The notes: a model not told the origin generated them from the sequence alone. Positions 40,546 through 54,568 are shown, numbered from the stretch's first letter. The stretch: DNA of 64,000 bases from Chlorokybus atmophyticus (GCA_009103225.1 RHPI01002204.1:248001-312000); one strand, 5' to 3'. Program-made: numbers and translations.

Positions 40546-41357
40546 TCAGCGGTTGCTTGAGCCTGAGGCAGCGTGGCAGATGCGGCAAGGACACGCTGGG
40601 TTGGTGGACACGCAGGAGCAGGCACGGTTGTCGCCGCCGCGGACGTCCGCCAGCTGGCAGTCGCACTCGTCGCCGCACACGCACTCAGCGCGGTGCTTCC
40701 CGCACTGCAGGCAGGAGCACTCACCGCCAGTCGTGCACTTGGCGCCCTTCTGTTGACACCACATGCGAACAAGCACATAACCTCAAGTCAGCGCACAGTG
40801 TAACAAACCTCCTCCCGCTCCCCAGCACTCGTCATCAACCGCCTCCTCATCCCCCTCCTGTTCCTACTCCGATTGGCAACCACTTTCGCTCCTCATCAAC
40901 CTCGTTTCAAAGCCATCACCAACAACACCATCAACATTACCATCATCGCCATCACCGCCATCAGCACAATGTGTGATATGATGGCAGTGTTGAAGTCATG
41001 CATGCGTGCATGCAAGCGCATGGCCTTCCCCCACATGTGTGGTGAGAGCGGGCAAGGTAGTCCTGCTTTACAACCATTGAGACTGGCTTGTTGTTCAACT
41101 TACGTGCTCGCAGTGGCTGCATGAAGGCCTGCACTCCCCTGTCTTTGTGGCAGGACCAGAGGCGTGCTCGCCCTCTAGCCCCTGATGCTCAGACACCTGC
41201 ATGCATGTGTATGCGTGAGTGCATGTGCGTGTGCATGATCTGCATCTCAGCAGTGATGCACGTGTACCTTGTCCACGTGACCGTGGGGCCCCCTGTGGTG
41301 GGGATGGGGCTGGGTGCTCCTGTTGAACTTCTGATGGTCGTGGTCTGCGCCCCCCAT
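40546..41357 (-). CDS. His/Cys-rich metallothionein-like protein, 3 exons, 128 aa
   Basis: Exons 41357-41268, 41196-41104 and 40749-40546 are all phase 0 with GT-AG boundaries (90+93+204 nt). The product has 16 Cys (CxC and CxCxxC clusters) and 13 His. Exon 3 Cys codons are almost all TGC, as expected for real coding sequence here. Confidence 0.75.
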
Positions 41358-42435
41358 GACGGTGGCTCGGTATGTGTTGATGTGCGTATGCACGGAACAA
41401 CCGCCGTTGGCCACCGCACAGACACAGCGCTCAAACACTTGCAGTGTAGTCTATGGCCGTCGCCCTTGTATAGGGGTGCAGTTGACTTGAACGTTACGCG
41501 TCTGGGATGAACTAGGACATGTATCGTGATTGACAAATGCAGCATGAATCTGTGTCAGGCTGAAGTGATCCGGTGGCACTGCCACCGTGGCAGGGCAGGA
41601 CTCGTTACGTGGCACGAACGGACGGAATATTGTGTGGCGGGCGACACGATGAATCCTGCCCGTCCCTTGAGTAAAGCCCGCCAGGGGAACGGATCAGTAG
41701 GCGACAAGGGGTTACCAAGGACCTAAACACGGCACAACGTCGCGTACCCAACACGGACTTATGCTGCGTTGCCTTGTGACGCAAAGCAACACACAACTAC
41801 TGATACTCACCAATCCACTTGTCCACTTGCCTCGCAAAGCACACTCCGTCGGGCTCTCCGTTGTTTTATAGGATACAGTATGGAAGCAACAGACAACAAG
41901 CACGCATAGTCATCACAGCAAGGCAGGGTACAATTCGAGGCAGAAAACTTACTGCTCAGCGCCACGCGCTACAGCTGCAACACCCATAGCCATTGCATGC
42001 GAAAAAGCTATACGTTGCAGGCCAAAGACATGTGCTCTGAAAGCAAGCAAGCGTCCACGAAATTATGTCACGCGTGCAAGTTTGCGACACTACATGGCAC
42101 ATAGTTACACTCTTCAAACGCCAGGTTCAGCAGCAAGCACCACTCCAACCCGTCAGAGGGCTAAGAAGGCATTGCATTCGCATTACAAGTTGTGCAGATG
42201 CATCAATGCGCGGCTTATATCAACAGCAGCAGGCCTTGCCGTTGGTGGCCAAGCATGCGCAAGTCATGCGTGGTCCTTCTTCATGCATAGCACACGCGGT
42301 TAGAGCAGGCTTGAGGCACTGTGCACGCCTGTAGCAGCAATAATCAAGGCCTATGTCGCATGGACCCTACTCAGAGGGAATACTCAAGTTCATAAACAAA
42401 TAAAGCCAACGGGTTCTGAACTCTATCATGACTAT

Positions 42436-45400
42436 TTATGGCCTGTGCGATTTCGACAGCAGGTCCTGTAGCATCGCGGAGCTCCTCAAAGCATGCCGTT
42501 CCAGCGCGGCCTCCATATCCGCAGCGAGCCTCTGTGAGTACCTCGACAACAGCGCCTCCGCATCAAAACCCGCCGGAGAAGCTGCCGAAGGCAGACCTGC
42601 CATTGACAAATGAGCAATTGAGTGACTTGAGTAGTAGTTTACACGTACTACCACATGTACACCACACGAGTATTGTGTGCATACAAGCATGCTGAAGCAT
42701 GACCGTCCTCATAATGAGACGGTTGTGATGTGGGAATGCGTGCATCCATGGGGTTTGGCGTAATGCGCAATCCACAACCAATAGCAGTTCCCACTCACTT
42801 GTGACCGAGGAGGAGCTGTGAGAGAGGGCGCGTTCGAGCTTCTGCTGCACGCTGGCCACAGCGGAGGTGACGCGCGTCTCGACGATGGCAGGTGCGATGC
42901 CGGCGGGTGTGCCTGCCGAGCTTTCACTGTCATCAAACAACGATGATGAGGATTGTGAAACTCTCAGCTGCTCCATCAGCCGGCAGACTTCATCCGCGGC
43001 TGCAGATAGCCTCAGCAGCGCTGCATCAAAGTGCTGCGGGAGTGACTGCTGGTGCTGTGTGGATGGCTGTCTTTGCAAAGGCTGCTGTTGTGGCGCTTGC
43101 TGCTGTTGTTGTGATGGTTGATGTGGTGGTTGTGGTGATTGTGGTTGTTCGCTGTCCCTGGGTTGCGGCCTTTTCACTGTTTGCATGCGCGCATCGGAAT
43201 CCGTCTTTGCCTCTGCATAAGCAGCATCCACATCTGCACATGCAACTAAACGGTCAGAAACATGCTCAATGAAGCATGCACGTAGTATAGCACAACATGC
43301 AGCAAGCCCACCCATCTGATTGTACCTGCTGTTGCGTTGCTGATGGCAGCAGGAGGGCGCTTTGCATAAGCACCCAGCGACGACTCATTAATCCCAACAA
43401 TGCCAGTTGTACTTGCAACATCACCGCCATCAGCTGTCTCCGTCCACGCCCCGTGGCCCCACTCGGCCACAACTGCATTACTGTTCCGCGGTTGCTCCAG
43501 AGCCTCAGCAGCGCTCGTGGATGCCGATAAGCGCAGCTCCGCCAAAGCCGCGTCCACAAATTGGTTCTGCGGGATGCTTGGTGCCCTCTTCACGGGGGAG
43601 GCGATGGTCATAGCCGGGGAGATGTTGGAGAAGTCTACGGCGTGAGCGGCTGGAAGAGATGCAGCATCTGGTTGTTGGTGTTGTTGCGGTTGTTCTTCCT
43701 TTCTGGGTGTGGGCGTTTCTTCCTCCGTAGAGGCCTCAGCAATGCGCGCAGCGACACGCTTTTCGGGCCTCGACTCCGATGCACGCGTTGCATCCTTGTC
43801 CTTGCCAAGCCGAATGCCCAACCCAGCTAGCCTCTGCCTCATGAGCTGCACCTCGTGCGCCATCTGTGCCTGCAGACAGGCACAAGAAGAACACTTGATG
43901 CACATACCCAACACATTGACACAATATTACAACAACCTCAACACCTGACCCTACCTGTCGTTCACGGAGCTTCAACCGCTCTCTCTCGGCCTGCAAAGAG
44001 CGGTCCACTCGGATCTCTTCGTCTTGTTTGTCTGGAACAGCGCCATCACCCTGGATGTTGCCGTTATTATTGTCAACCTTCTCCTTGTCCTCCTGCTGCT
44101 GCTCTGGTGGCGGTGGACTCCCACCGCGCGCAAAGAACCGTGCAGAGTAACTCAGCCTCGTCGACATCCTTGGCTGAATCTACAAGACCATAATATAACA
44201 GAAACGCCACCTCAACTACGAGTGTGCAAGGCCAGGCCACCAACATGCTGTCAAACGCGATGACACGCCACACACAGTGAGAACAACCTGCGCACCTCTT
44301 TGATGTCTGCCGACAATCGGTCAAAATGCAGCGCGAAGAGGTCCGCCCTGGGGCTGATGGAGATTTCTACTTCAGGCTCGTTGATATCAGTGACGCTCGG
44401 CTCGGCTTTGGTCTCCGTGTCCTCGCCCTCGTTGCCGGCATCGTCCGGGCTGGACACATTGACCTCGGCGGATGAGGCTTCAGCGGAGACCTCGGCGGCG
44501 AGCTTGGAAGAGACAGCAAAGGCTCCGTCCTCATTGACCTGGTCGTCCATGGCGTCCTCGTAATACACCGTGTCCTCGTTGTCGGAGAGGATGTCCGCCG
44601 GGGGCGCCCTTGCGTCCATGTAACACGCGTCCTCCACATCGGAAAGGTATAGCACTCCGTCCTGGTCTTCCATGGAGGAGCTGCTTTGCTGGACAGCTGC
44701 ATGACACAATCAAACACTCACTCCCAACAACTTGTGCCGCACCAATGGCAACAACTTGCGTGGTCAAGAGGTGAACGACACATACATATCACGACACTCA
44801 CCTGCTTCACCCGCAGGTGCATCTTTGGTCATTGATTCACTCACAAACTCCGTTGCATCCACGGGCAAAGCGCCAGCGTCAGCTACATTATGCTTATCAT
44901 TGACATCCTCGTCATCAGCGCTTTCATCTTCTTCGGCTGTAGCTTCCAGCGCTTGCCTGCAGCCAGTAGTATCAGGACACACGCAAACAACTTTTGTGCA
45001 TGTGGGTGACAGTAAAGTGGACACGCACTCTCTGTTGTCGTCGGGGTGCAAGTGCTCAGCTCCTTCAATGGTGAACCGTCTGCGCGGGGCGCCGGCTACG
45101 GCCCGTACTGTTGTGTCCATGACAGAGAAGAGCGTGTAGCCATCCTCGCCTACACGCTGCGACGCCAGCACGACAATTCATTAATCTCAACCCACTTTTC
45201 CAAGCAGCATCATGCACGCAAGCTGTGAAACACATAACGATTTCAATAACAGACCTCTGCCCATCTGTTGGCTGGCAGGTTGCCGTTGGGCGACGCAGCC
45301 TGCATCTGCTTCTTGAAGCTGTCGGGTGTCTTGTCTTTCGTTGGGTTTGCGGTCCAGTTGGCCTACAAATACACCCGTTGCGCAACAGTATCCTGTAACA

Positions 45401-48400
45401 CTGGGCACACATTGGTATAGTACCACGCAAGCGGGTTTTCACCTGCACCCATTTGGGCAGCTGCGATAAGCTGAAGGCGAGTGCGGGCCCGCTGCCATCA
45501 TCACTCGCTTCCGCCGTGACTTCACCTAAACAGAGAACAAGTCAGTACAGCATGCGCGTGTGTTTCAATTTGCCTGCTTGCGTGTGTGTGTATTACATGC
45601 AACAACCAATCACTTTCACACCTGGTTGAGGGGTCTGTTCAGTGTCAGCGGGCTGTGTGTCTGCACTTGCTGCTCCCTTCTGCTTGTTGTTCGCTGCAGC
45701 GACAGCCGCAGCAGACACGTCGTGGCTCGTCTTATCTACAATCTCCTGCAGGCGCCTGCGCTGATGCCTCCTGCTGTCGCTATCGTATCCGACGTCTGCG
45801 TCACTGAGCTTGGCTTGAGGCTTTCCATCATCCTATGTAACAGTTGTTCAGGAAGCAGCACCCAACGGTTCTCACTCTGAAGTCGATTTACATTTGCTTG
45901 CGGATGCATGGCGACATTGAGAGCACGTAAAGGCGGCCTCAGTTCTGCAGGCATCGTCTTCAGCTTGTGTTGGATGACGGACATGCATGAGGAGGGAAGG
46001 CGCCAGATGAATATGCAACTGTCTCCGCTAACCTGGAGGAGATGATAACGTGTAAAGATGTGTGACTGTCGTATCTGGCAAGCGATTCCCACGCGTGCGC
46101 GTGTGTGCGAATGTGTCTGCATCCATGCGTGCGTGCGCATGTGTGCACGTGCGCGAGTGCGAGCGTGTGTTTGCGCCATGTGCTTTACCGATAGCAGGCG
46201 CGAGCAGTCATGAGCGAAGGCGAGGCCGGTGATGACTTCACTGTGTCCAACAGCTTTGGCCGCCAGCTCACCCGTGCCAAAATTGTACAGACGAAGCGTC
46301 TTGTCCGAATGCGAGCAAGCCATGAACGTTCCAGTGGGGTCAAAACAAACCTGTTCAACCAAACACTCAGCAGCTGTTCACATTCAAACTTGCCCGCACT
46401 GTGACATAAGCCATTTGCAACATGTATCGCCCAACATACAGCATCACATAGTCGTTGGTGAAGGCCTGTGTGAGATATTCCACAACAACAGTTTAATTCG
46501 CGATCACTTGTTACCAGCACCACACCTTGATTGGCTCTCCTGTGTCTGCATCGCTCTTGTAGCTTCGCACCGGCTTGCCAGTCTCCACGCTCCATATGTT
46601 CAGCCGCTTATCCTGGTTCAGTCATCAACCATTACATCTCCGCACAGTACCAACCAACCAACAACAGCATAGCAACTCCCTCTTGCCTGACCGACTGTGA
46701 CTGCAAACTTCTGTGTCACATCCACGTCAAGATCGTAGATCGTGCCCCTCGGCACCACCGCCTGGTTGTACCGCACGGGCCGTGTGCCGTTAATAACCCC
46801 TGCGCAGTCCCTGAACACAACAGACCTGCAAACAAACAACACATAAGTGGTTGTTTGACACGCAAGCAGCGAGCAAGCGATGCAAGTCATTGCTCAGGGT
46901 TTCATTGCTTTACTTGTCTGCGCTAGAGCTGAGCAAGCGGGTCCCGTTGGCAGCGAAGCGCACGGATGTGATGGAGGCCGAATGGTCGTCCAGAGTGGCT
47001 GCCAGATTGTAGTCGCTGAGGGTGACAACATAAATCAGGGAATGCGCATCAACTGCAACTGTCAGAAAAGTCACGCGCTTACTTCTTCGCATTGTACAGA
47101 TGTATCAACCGATCGCGCCCACCGGACGCCAGCAGAGCATCGCTGGCGCCGGTTGAGTAATGAACGGTTAACACCTCCGCATCGTGCGCTTCCTATCAAG
47201 GTGAATGGTTGGTATGTTACCACCAACCGAGTTGATAGCCTAACAACCAATGCTGGCTTACCTGGAAGCTGATGAGCTGTCGCGTAGTAAGGTCCCACAC
47301 CCTAAGGTTGCCCTGCGGGTCTCCCGCAGCCACGTGGCGGCCGTCAGGGCTCACGCACACGCACCTGAACCCACCCGACACAATCTTCTTCATGTTGTCC
47401 GCGCGTGGAGACTGCGTCCCAGACTCATCCACTGGTTGATCTAGACAGACCATACCACAGTCACTTGTTATAAACGGCAACTACTACTCACTGACATGTG
47501 ATACCACTTGACCCACCTGCGTGCATAACCGCGATGAGGTCTTTGGCCCCTGTGCTAGCGTTGAGAGACTCCCGGCCATGCATGTGATTGAGATGCCACA
47601 CACGCACGCTGCCGTCCGCGGAACACGTCGCAAAGCTACCCTCTGGAATGGTGTCGTTTGCGGCGGCGGGTACGGATGCTATGTCCCATATGCAACTCGC
47701 ATGCGCCAGTAACGAGCGTGAGCGTCCGATCTGGAGAGTGGTATGCCGTGTTAGTTGCAGTATATGTCATGGGTCAATGCGCATGCTCGCAATGCCTGCC
47801 CCGCCTTTGTTACCTTGGCAGTGTTGCGTAAGTCCCAGACGAGAATGCTGTGGCTGCTGTACGCAACGGCTACAACAAACAACAGTCAGATGAGCAACAT
47901 GCTCTGGCATACAAGCAGAACTATGCGATGACAATTATGCAGGTGTTTGCAAACAGGAGCATACATGCGTGCATGCGAGCGTGAAGGGGCGTTGATGTGC
48001 ATACGTGCATGCGTGCACGGGCCTGCATGCAGGCGTGCAGGCTTATGAACACACCTGGATGTGTAGACAAAGACAATTGTTGTGTGGTTGTATGATATAG
48101 AACCAACCCTTGCGTACGTACTGAACATTAGTAGTGCCAAAGAGCAACACAGCACTTACCAAGGCAGTCTTTGCTTTCTCCTAGGAAGGCACAAGCGACA
48201 GCGTCCGGCAATTTGGCGTCTGCGCCCTTGTTGGCGACGACGGGGCTGCTTGCATTGGCACCGTGGAGCATCGAGGAAGAGGATGGGCGCGGCAGCGTGG
48301 CCTCGTACTGCATTGTGCCGGCTGTGAAAAGCCGCACTGTCGAGTCTGAACACGCGCACGCCACTCGCGAGTCACACACCGCCACGGCAAATGCCCTCCT

Positions 48401-50637
48401 GACCTGAAAAAACGTGCACATATGCACCCATTGATGTATGCATGTATGCTTGTACATGCACAGATCTGTTTGTGTGTATGCACGTACGAGTATCTGTGTC
48501 CATGCATGTGCTTGTGTATGCATATGTATATAACAACCTGCATCTGCACACAGCCAGACACAGCCCATGCAACATGGACAAGGCGTGCACATGACAGGAG
48601 ACAACTGACAGATATATGTGTAGCAACACACATGTTGCGAACTTGCAGTGCGTATAAAGCCAATCAACACGAGTTATATTTCAATTGGATTGCTCTGTCA
48701 ATGGTATGCACATAACATTCTCAAGACAGTAATTTCTCGAAGAGAACACATGCAGCAGTGACTTGTCGACGCGTCAAAGTGCACATAACGAGCAGTACCT
48801 TAAGCTCGACCCACTTGTCAATGGAGCGTCCTTTGGCAAACGAGCAGAGTACGCCTTCATTGGTGACAGCGTAAACACTTCCTCCATCGCTCCCGACAGC
48901 CAACGAGACGAAAGTGCTGTCCTTCAGCGTGCCCGTGGTGAGAGCTTTACCCTCCGCAGCAGCACCTTTACTCCGCGATGAGGATGACGTTGGCACGTGC
49001 CACAGTTTCAGGTGCTGAGGGCCGCTCGTGAAGAAAGAGTGCCCGTCCTCAGAGAACGCCACCGAGCGGATTGATATCCCAGCCGGTGTGGCTTTATGCC
49101 TGGTCAGCTGCGTGGCGTTCTTCCAGTCCCACAGAACTATTAACCCGTCATGGTGAACCCCCACCGACACCAGATGCTTGCCTGTGTAAACATTGCATGA
49201 TGTGTAAGTTGACCAGGAGTGACCAATCCACTGCTTTTAGCCAACATCGATGAATATGTACACATCGGCCCTGTTGCACAATACGGTTTTGCATGTGAAG
49301 TAGGCGGAGACGCTAATGTCATCATGTTTCTACCAATTGATTCGAGTACATTGGTTAAGCGGTCTTCAGCAATAAACATGAATGCATCTATCAAACTGGA
49401 CCTCAGGTTAGGCCTGGTAAACCAGCCAACCAATAAGAGACGTAAGAGATAAGTTGCTGCTGTTGTCAAGAAGTCAGCGCATGAACCACGATCACATTCA
49501 GATTCAAGACCAACCGGCCAATCAAGCTACCGAACAGCCAATGACTATTTGGTAGCTTTGGTAGCAAATAACCACAACTGCTCAGTCACTCAGTTACAGA
49601 AGCACATGAGCACAAAATGCACGCAATGCGTCTTTACCGGATGCTGATGCCGCAATGCACGTGATGCCGTATCGATGTGTCTTGAGCTCTGCAACAATGC
49701 TCCCTGTGGTCGTGTCCCATACAAGGACTGCTGGCTGATGACCACTCTGTGCACGGATAACCGCATCAGAACTGCAATAACTGTGCACTTGATTGTGTGC
49801 ACTCTTACCTCGCCTGCAGCGAGGTACTGACACGATGGCGTGATGTACGTGAGGCACGTGAGGGCCTTGCCTGTGCGCGTGTGGAGCAGAAACTGCGTCT
49901 GCCAGTTCTTGCGCGGGCTGTTTTAGGCAAACACTGTGAGTACACTACGTATGCAGCATAACACAGCGCACCACAACAAAGTTCTTTGCGTGCTGTCAAT
50001 TGTGGTGTACGCAATGTAGTAAACATACTCGCAATAAACGCACACAGTTTGTTGTACTTCAAGTCTAAAAGGGCCCCTTGACAACCAAATTGTGAAAGTG
50101 GAGAACAGTAGCTACAATGCAGCATATGTGTACTTATCATCTCACCTGTACACAACAACCACGCGGCCGGCGATGTAAGCAACGTCTCCCGTGGCAGAGT
50201 TGCCGACAAACGCGCTCTGATTGCATGCCGTTAATCCAATTACGCGCTCCAATAGCAGTTGCTGCACACAATACACACACGTTGAGAGCCGACCTAATGT
50301 ACAAGCAATGTCAGCTGAAGTCGAGTAGTTCCTTATACGCGCACTGGCAAAGAAGTCCCTCCCATTCCAAGCAGAGGTTAGTACTAGCTTGTGTCTGGCA
50401 CAATGGAAACGAAACCTCTGCAGCATTAGCACGGCAATGCTGTAAAGCACACACAGTCTACTGTCGTGTGACCAAGCATAGAAACCAAGCGTAAACTAAT
50501 GGTTAAAACACGCGAAGAGCATAAACAGGAGAGTTGTAGTGAAACTGTCCTTCAATCCATCACACAAGCGATGGATGCACCTTGTTTCTGGGATCCTGCG
50601 CCTGTCGGCGGCTCGTCCGCCGCCGCACCGCCGCCAT
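42436..50637 (-). CDS. WDR62: WDR62/MAPKBP1-like WD40-repeat protein, multi-exon, apparently intact
   Basis: LLLERVIGLT, YLAAGESGHQPAVLVWD, LKTHRYGITCIA, FFTSGPQHLKLW, HASCIWD, FATCSADGSVRVW, CVSPDGRHVAAGDPQGNLRVWD, EAHDAEVL, LLASGGRDRLIHLY, LDDHSASITSVRF, GTIYDLDVD, AVGHSEVITG and VSGDSCIFIWRLP. These are followed by a low-complexity region and a C-terminal ALLSRYSQRL helix. The first ten or so exons were checked for phase. Confidence 0.85.
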
Positions 50638-50817
50638 AGCCAGCGGATCCAAATCAACCTCGAACTGACCTACACGCCTGTACGCTCACCGACGGCGACA
50701 TCGCCGACCAAGTCGCCGACATCGCCGCCCGCCACAGCTTTTCCCGCCAACGGTTTCATCCATTTCAAACATTCAAAGAGAAGCTGCCCATGAGGCTTGC
50801 TTGGGAAAAATGACGCC

Positions 50818-50825
50818 AAACCCTA
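50818..50825 (+). promoter_or_regulatory. Telo-box (AAACCCTA) in the WDR62/ITPA bidirectional spacer
   Basis: Lies between the ATGs at 50637 (-) and 51023 (+); conserved in the duplicate at 63960. Confidence 0.55.
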
Positions 50826-51022
50826 GCCTGAGTGCCAGTGGCGGCGGTGGCGGGGGCGGCGGCGGGGTTGTGGGGTTGGGCGACGGGGTGGGTGGAGCGG
50901 GTGCTTCATGAGCGTGGCCGTAATTGCTGAGCGGAGACGGCTTGTCTGCGGGCTTGTTGCTGGCAAGGGTAGCTTTGCGGCGACCGCAAGCAGCAGGCGG
51001 CATTGCTGTCGCCGCCACCAAC

Positions 51023-52943
51023 ATGGCGGAGGACAAGGCGGAAGTTGCGGAGGCGGAAACGGCCGTCATGACGTCACCCGCAACAAGAACAAGCTGGCGG
51101 AGGTGCAGGCCATAATCAGAGGCGTCGTGCCCATGCGGCACCAGAAACTGGACTGTGAGTATCAACCAGCTGACTGAGCATGACTGCACTGCTGTAAATG
51201 TCAAAACTACAATCTTGAGTTCTTGGAATGTTGAGATAATGGTAACCCAACCCATGCTATGCCCATGACTCTGCATGCACCACCAGCATGGCATGGCGTT
51301 GGGTGCAGGGAAGGTTCCCTCTGTTGAGTCCTTGCTTATGCATGAGGCCAATGACTGCTGCGTAAACCATTGGAAATACAATGCAGCAATGGCAGGTATG
51401 CGGTGTCTGTGTCAAAGCAAAATGCTTGCATTACACTCAGCACATGCACAGCCACATGAGCAGTTGCACATACGCATTGCTTTGCATGCATGTGCCAGTG
51501 TTAGGGCATGGTTGCAGTTGCGTTCTTAAAACAAGGAGCGTGAGGACCTCAATGTGTGCTCATGTAGCTGTGGCTGCCTGCATTACGAGCATGAACACAG
51601 CCATGAATGCAGTCAACCTAGGATACAGGCCTCATTTATGCATGGTCGGGTTGCCATGGTTTCTCTAGGCAACTTGATGACACCATCACTCAGCCATCGC
51701 ATTCTGTGCTGCACAGATTGTGTTGTCATACTATCTTGTGACGGCCAGAGGAGATATTCAAGGAAAAATGCCTCATTGCTGCACGTCAGGTCAGTGCCGT
51801 CCAACCCAAATCAACCGGACCCCTCACGCATTTGCATGCGGCAGTGTCATGCGCTATTGTATGCAGTGGTGGTGGCTGTTGCTACTGTAGCTGTGTCGAG
51901 GTTGTGTGATAGGTATGGACTCTCTAACAGTGCTTGTCCTGTTAACTGCCTGCTTAGGGAGGGAGTAGTGGCCTGACATAATGTTGTTAGGCAAAGGCTT
52001 TGTCAATCACACATTGTTGATTTCTCCTATCCGCAGATTGATGGTTCGGTATTGGTGGAGGATACATGGCTGTGTTTCAACGCGTTGAAGGGGCTGCTAG
52101 GTATGCCATGTTGGCAGCATGTGAGCCCATGGAGCAGATTGAGCTGGGGCATATACCCATACATGAAACGTACAAGCTCTGACCTGGTGCAAACTTGTCT
52201 GTCTTGAAATGTGGACTTGTCGACCTGAAGGCCCTACATGTAAGTGTTTCGGGATGCTTCCTTCGCTAGCTTCTATTCTCCTGTCTCATGCTAGCCATTG
52301 CGCTGCTAAATCGTTTCTTTACGCTGCCCTTTTTCATGCATCGCAGCAAATGGTTTCTGGAGAATCCTGGCCATGATGGTATGTCTACTCAACCTAGTCA
52401 CAAGCACGTCAGTATACTTGTGTTAGAGCTATTTCAAGTTTCATGGCTAAAAGCAAAGTGGCGTGCAGGGTTGAACACGATGCTCTCTGGCTTTGAAGAC
52501 AAGACCGCGTATGCCTTGTGTGTTTTCTCTTATAGGAGTGCCCTGAAAGCGAGCCCGTCACATTCTCCGGCAGAATTGAGGTAGTGCGGCCCACACCAAG
52601 CTCTCTACAGGCAGCTTGTGAATGCATGCTGCTTGCTTGGTTGCGTCTCATTATTGCTTTGTTTGCTCTGCTGCAAGAGGGCTGCCTGGCTTTGGTTGGG
52701 ATCCAATATTTGAGCCTGATTGCTATGAGCAGACGTACGTGTTCGCACTTGTGACAGTCACGGGTCATGAGTGCTATGTCATAGCATGCACACTGTGCTT
52801 GTGAGATGATTCCAGACGATTCCATTCCTTGCTCCAGGTATGCGGAAATGCCAAAAGAGGAGAAGAGCAAGATCTCGCATAGAGGACGCGCGCTGGAGTT
52901 GGTTCGGCAGCATCTTGAGGGTGCCAAACCATCAACACAGTGA
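51023..52943 (+). pseudogene. ITPA: Inosine triphosphate pyrophosphatase (ITPA/HAM1) pseudogene
   Basis: Remnants VTRNKNKLAEVQAI, PEEIFKEKCLIAARQ, VLVEDTWLCFNALKGLLG, KWFLE, FEDKTAYALCVFS, FGWDPIFEP and YAEMPKEEKSKISHRGRAL. Lesions: a frameshift near 51071, a 9-nt GPY micro-exon at 52231-52239 (10 nt needed), a frameshift near 52535, a degraded exon 2 5' part, and VTGN changed to VTRN. Confidence 0.85.
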
Positions 52944-54329
52944 AGGCGGGACTAGCCTACAACCACTCTACCATGAAGGGTGCCCTCAGACATTGACACG
53001 TTGTCAACAGCTTTGGTCTGCATGTATCTTGAGTAGAGGTTGCTGTTGTACTTGCTCGTCATTGTTATGACATGCAACACTAGGACTACATGGCTGCCGC
53101 CATTGTCGTCCTGTTTAAATGGACGTACGGCAGTCCTGCACATGTCCCAGTGCACTACCTCCTCTGCCTTTCAAATCGTTAGCCTTGTGTGTGACTGTTC
53201 AGCGTTTAGGGGCCTGGCCCAGGCCTTGCACGGTTACTGCTTTGGGTGTGATGCAAGCTGGTCGGTTGCTTGTTCACCTCGTACTGAGTGACTAGCCGCG
53301 TGTGCTTGCTGTCATACACCTTGTTTGTCTATACATAGCGAGTGGTTTCCAAGGGTATATACACCCATGGTATTATAAGTTTGGTACCCCGAGACCGCTT
53401 CCATTCACTGCACTGCATTCTCCAAGCAGAATGCTGTAATTAGCTGCCATAGTGTTGTTCAAAATGCTCTACCCTTTCACAAATGCATCATGTTACATAT
53501 TTTGTACACAGGTACATATGTCTGCTGCGTCCGTTGCTCGCTAACACCCACACCAGCACGTTGTATACATGGCGGGTGACCTCACGCGCGCCCTTCCACA
53601 CACGCCCGCGACACCCATACCGCCTTTATCGCTGTTGACGCCGCACCGCACACCCCTTCGCAACGAGTTAACAGCCATCATGCCCTATGGCTACATGGCT
53701 TGCGTGACGCGAGTTGCGTCATTGGATGTTCGCGGCTCGCGACTCGGCGGATGCGCCTTTGTAACGCTGACTCAGCATGCTGGTAATGAGCAGGAACACA
53801 ATGATGCCATCATGCTGCATGAAGTTCATGCACGAGGGACACCGTGCAACAGGGTGCCTCACGCATATCTCGTCCACCGGCCTGCAATAACGTGGTACCA
53901 ACTCAGGCAATGGGAGCTACAGCCGAACATAAAGTACCAAACATACACGCCACCGGCCCCTGTGCTCGGTCGCCGGCCTCAGCTCGGCGAACGACAAGCA
54001 GCAAACAGCAGTCACCTTCAGGCGTTCACGTGCTCGACTCCGTGTCGTATGTTCGGTATCGTACCGGCGCAATATTATTCTGTGGCGCTTGTCGGCGTCC
54101 CCACAAGGGACCACGGTGGACCCAGCACAAGTATACAGACGTCCTATTGTGCTGATTGCTGTGTTGTGTGGCCTTCGTCACAAAGGTGAGCGGGTTGCGT
54201 ATGTGCCGCACAGGCTTCATCCTCTATGCGTGTGGTTCCTGTCGCCTGCCTGCATTTTCTGTTGCATGCGTGCGCAGTTGCACGCCACGCCATGCGACAT
54301 GTACCCTCTGCGGGTGACTTGACTTGACA

Positions 54330-54560
<231 letters not shown>

Positions 54561-54568
54561 NGGCAGCA

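Noticed and set aside
41461-41474. 14-bp match (CCTATACAAGGGCG) between the MT-like promoter and the 308-bp unit
   Set aside because: A rough estimate gives about 0.15 such matches expected by chance for a 308-bp query against both strands of 64 kb, so it is not significant.
41474-41482. MRE-like TGCACCC beside the TATA-like box of the MT-like gene
   Set aside because: TGCRCNC is extremely common in this TGCA/CACA-rich genome, so it is uninformative.
53569-54189. 206-aa ORF upstream of the (TC)n run
   Set aside because: No motifs, no codon bias and no supporting exon structure.
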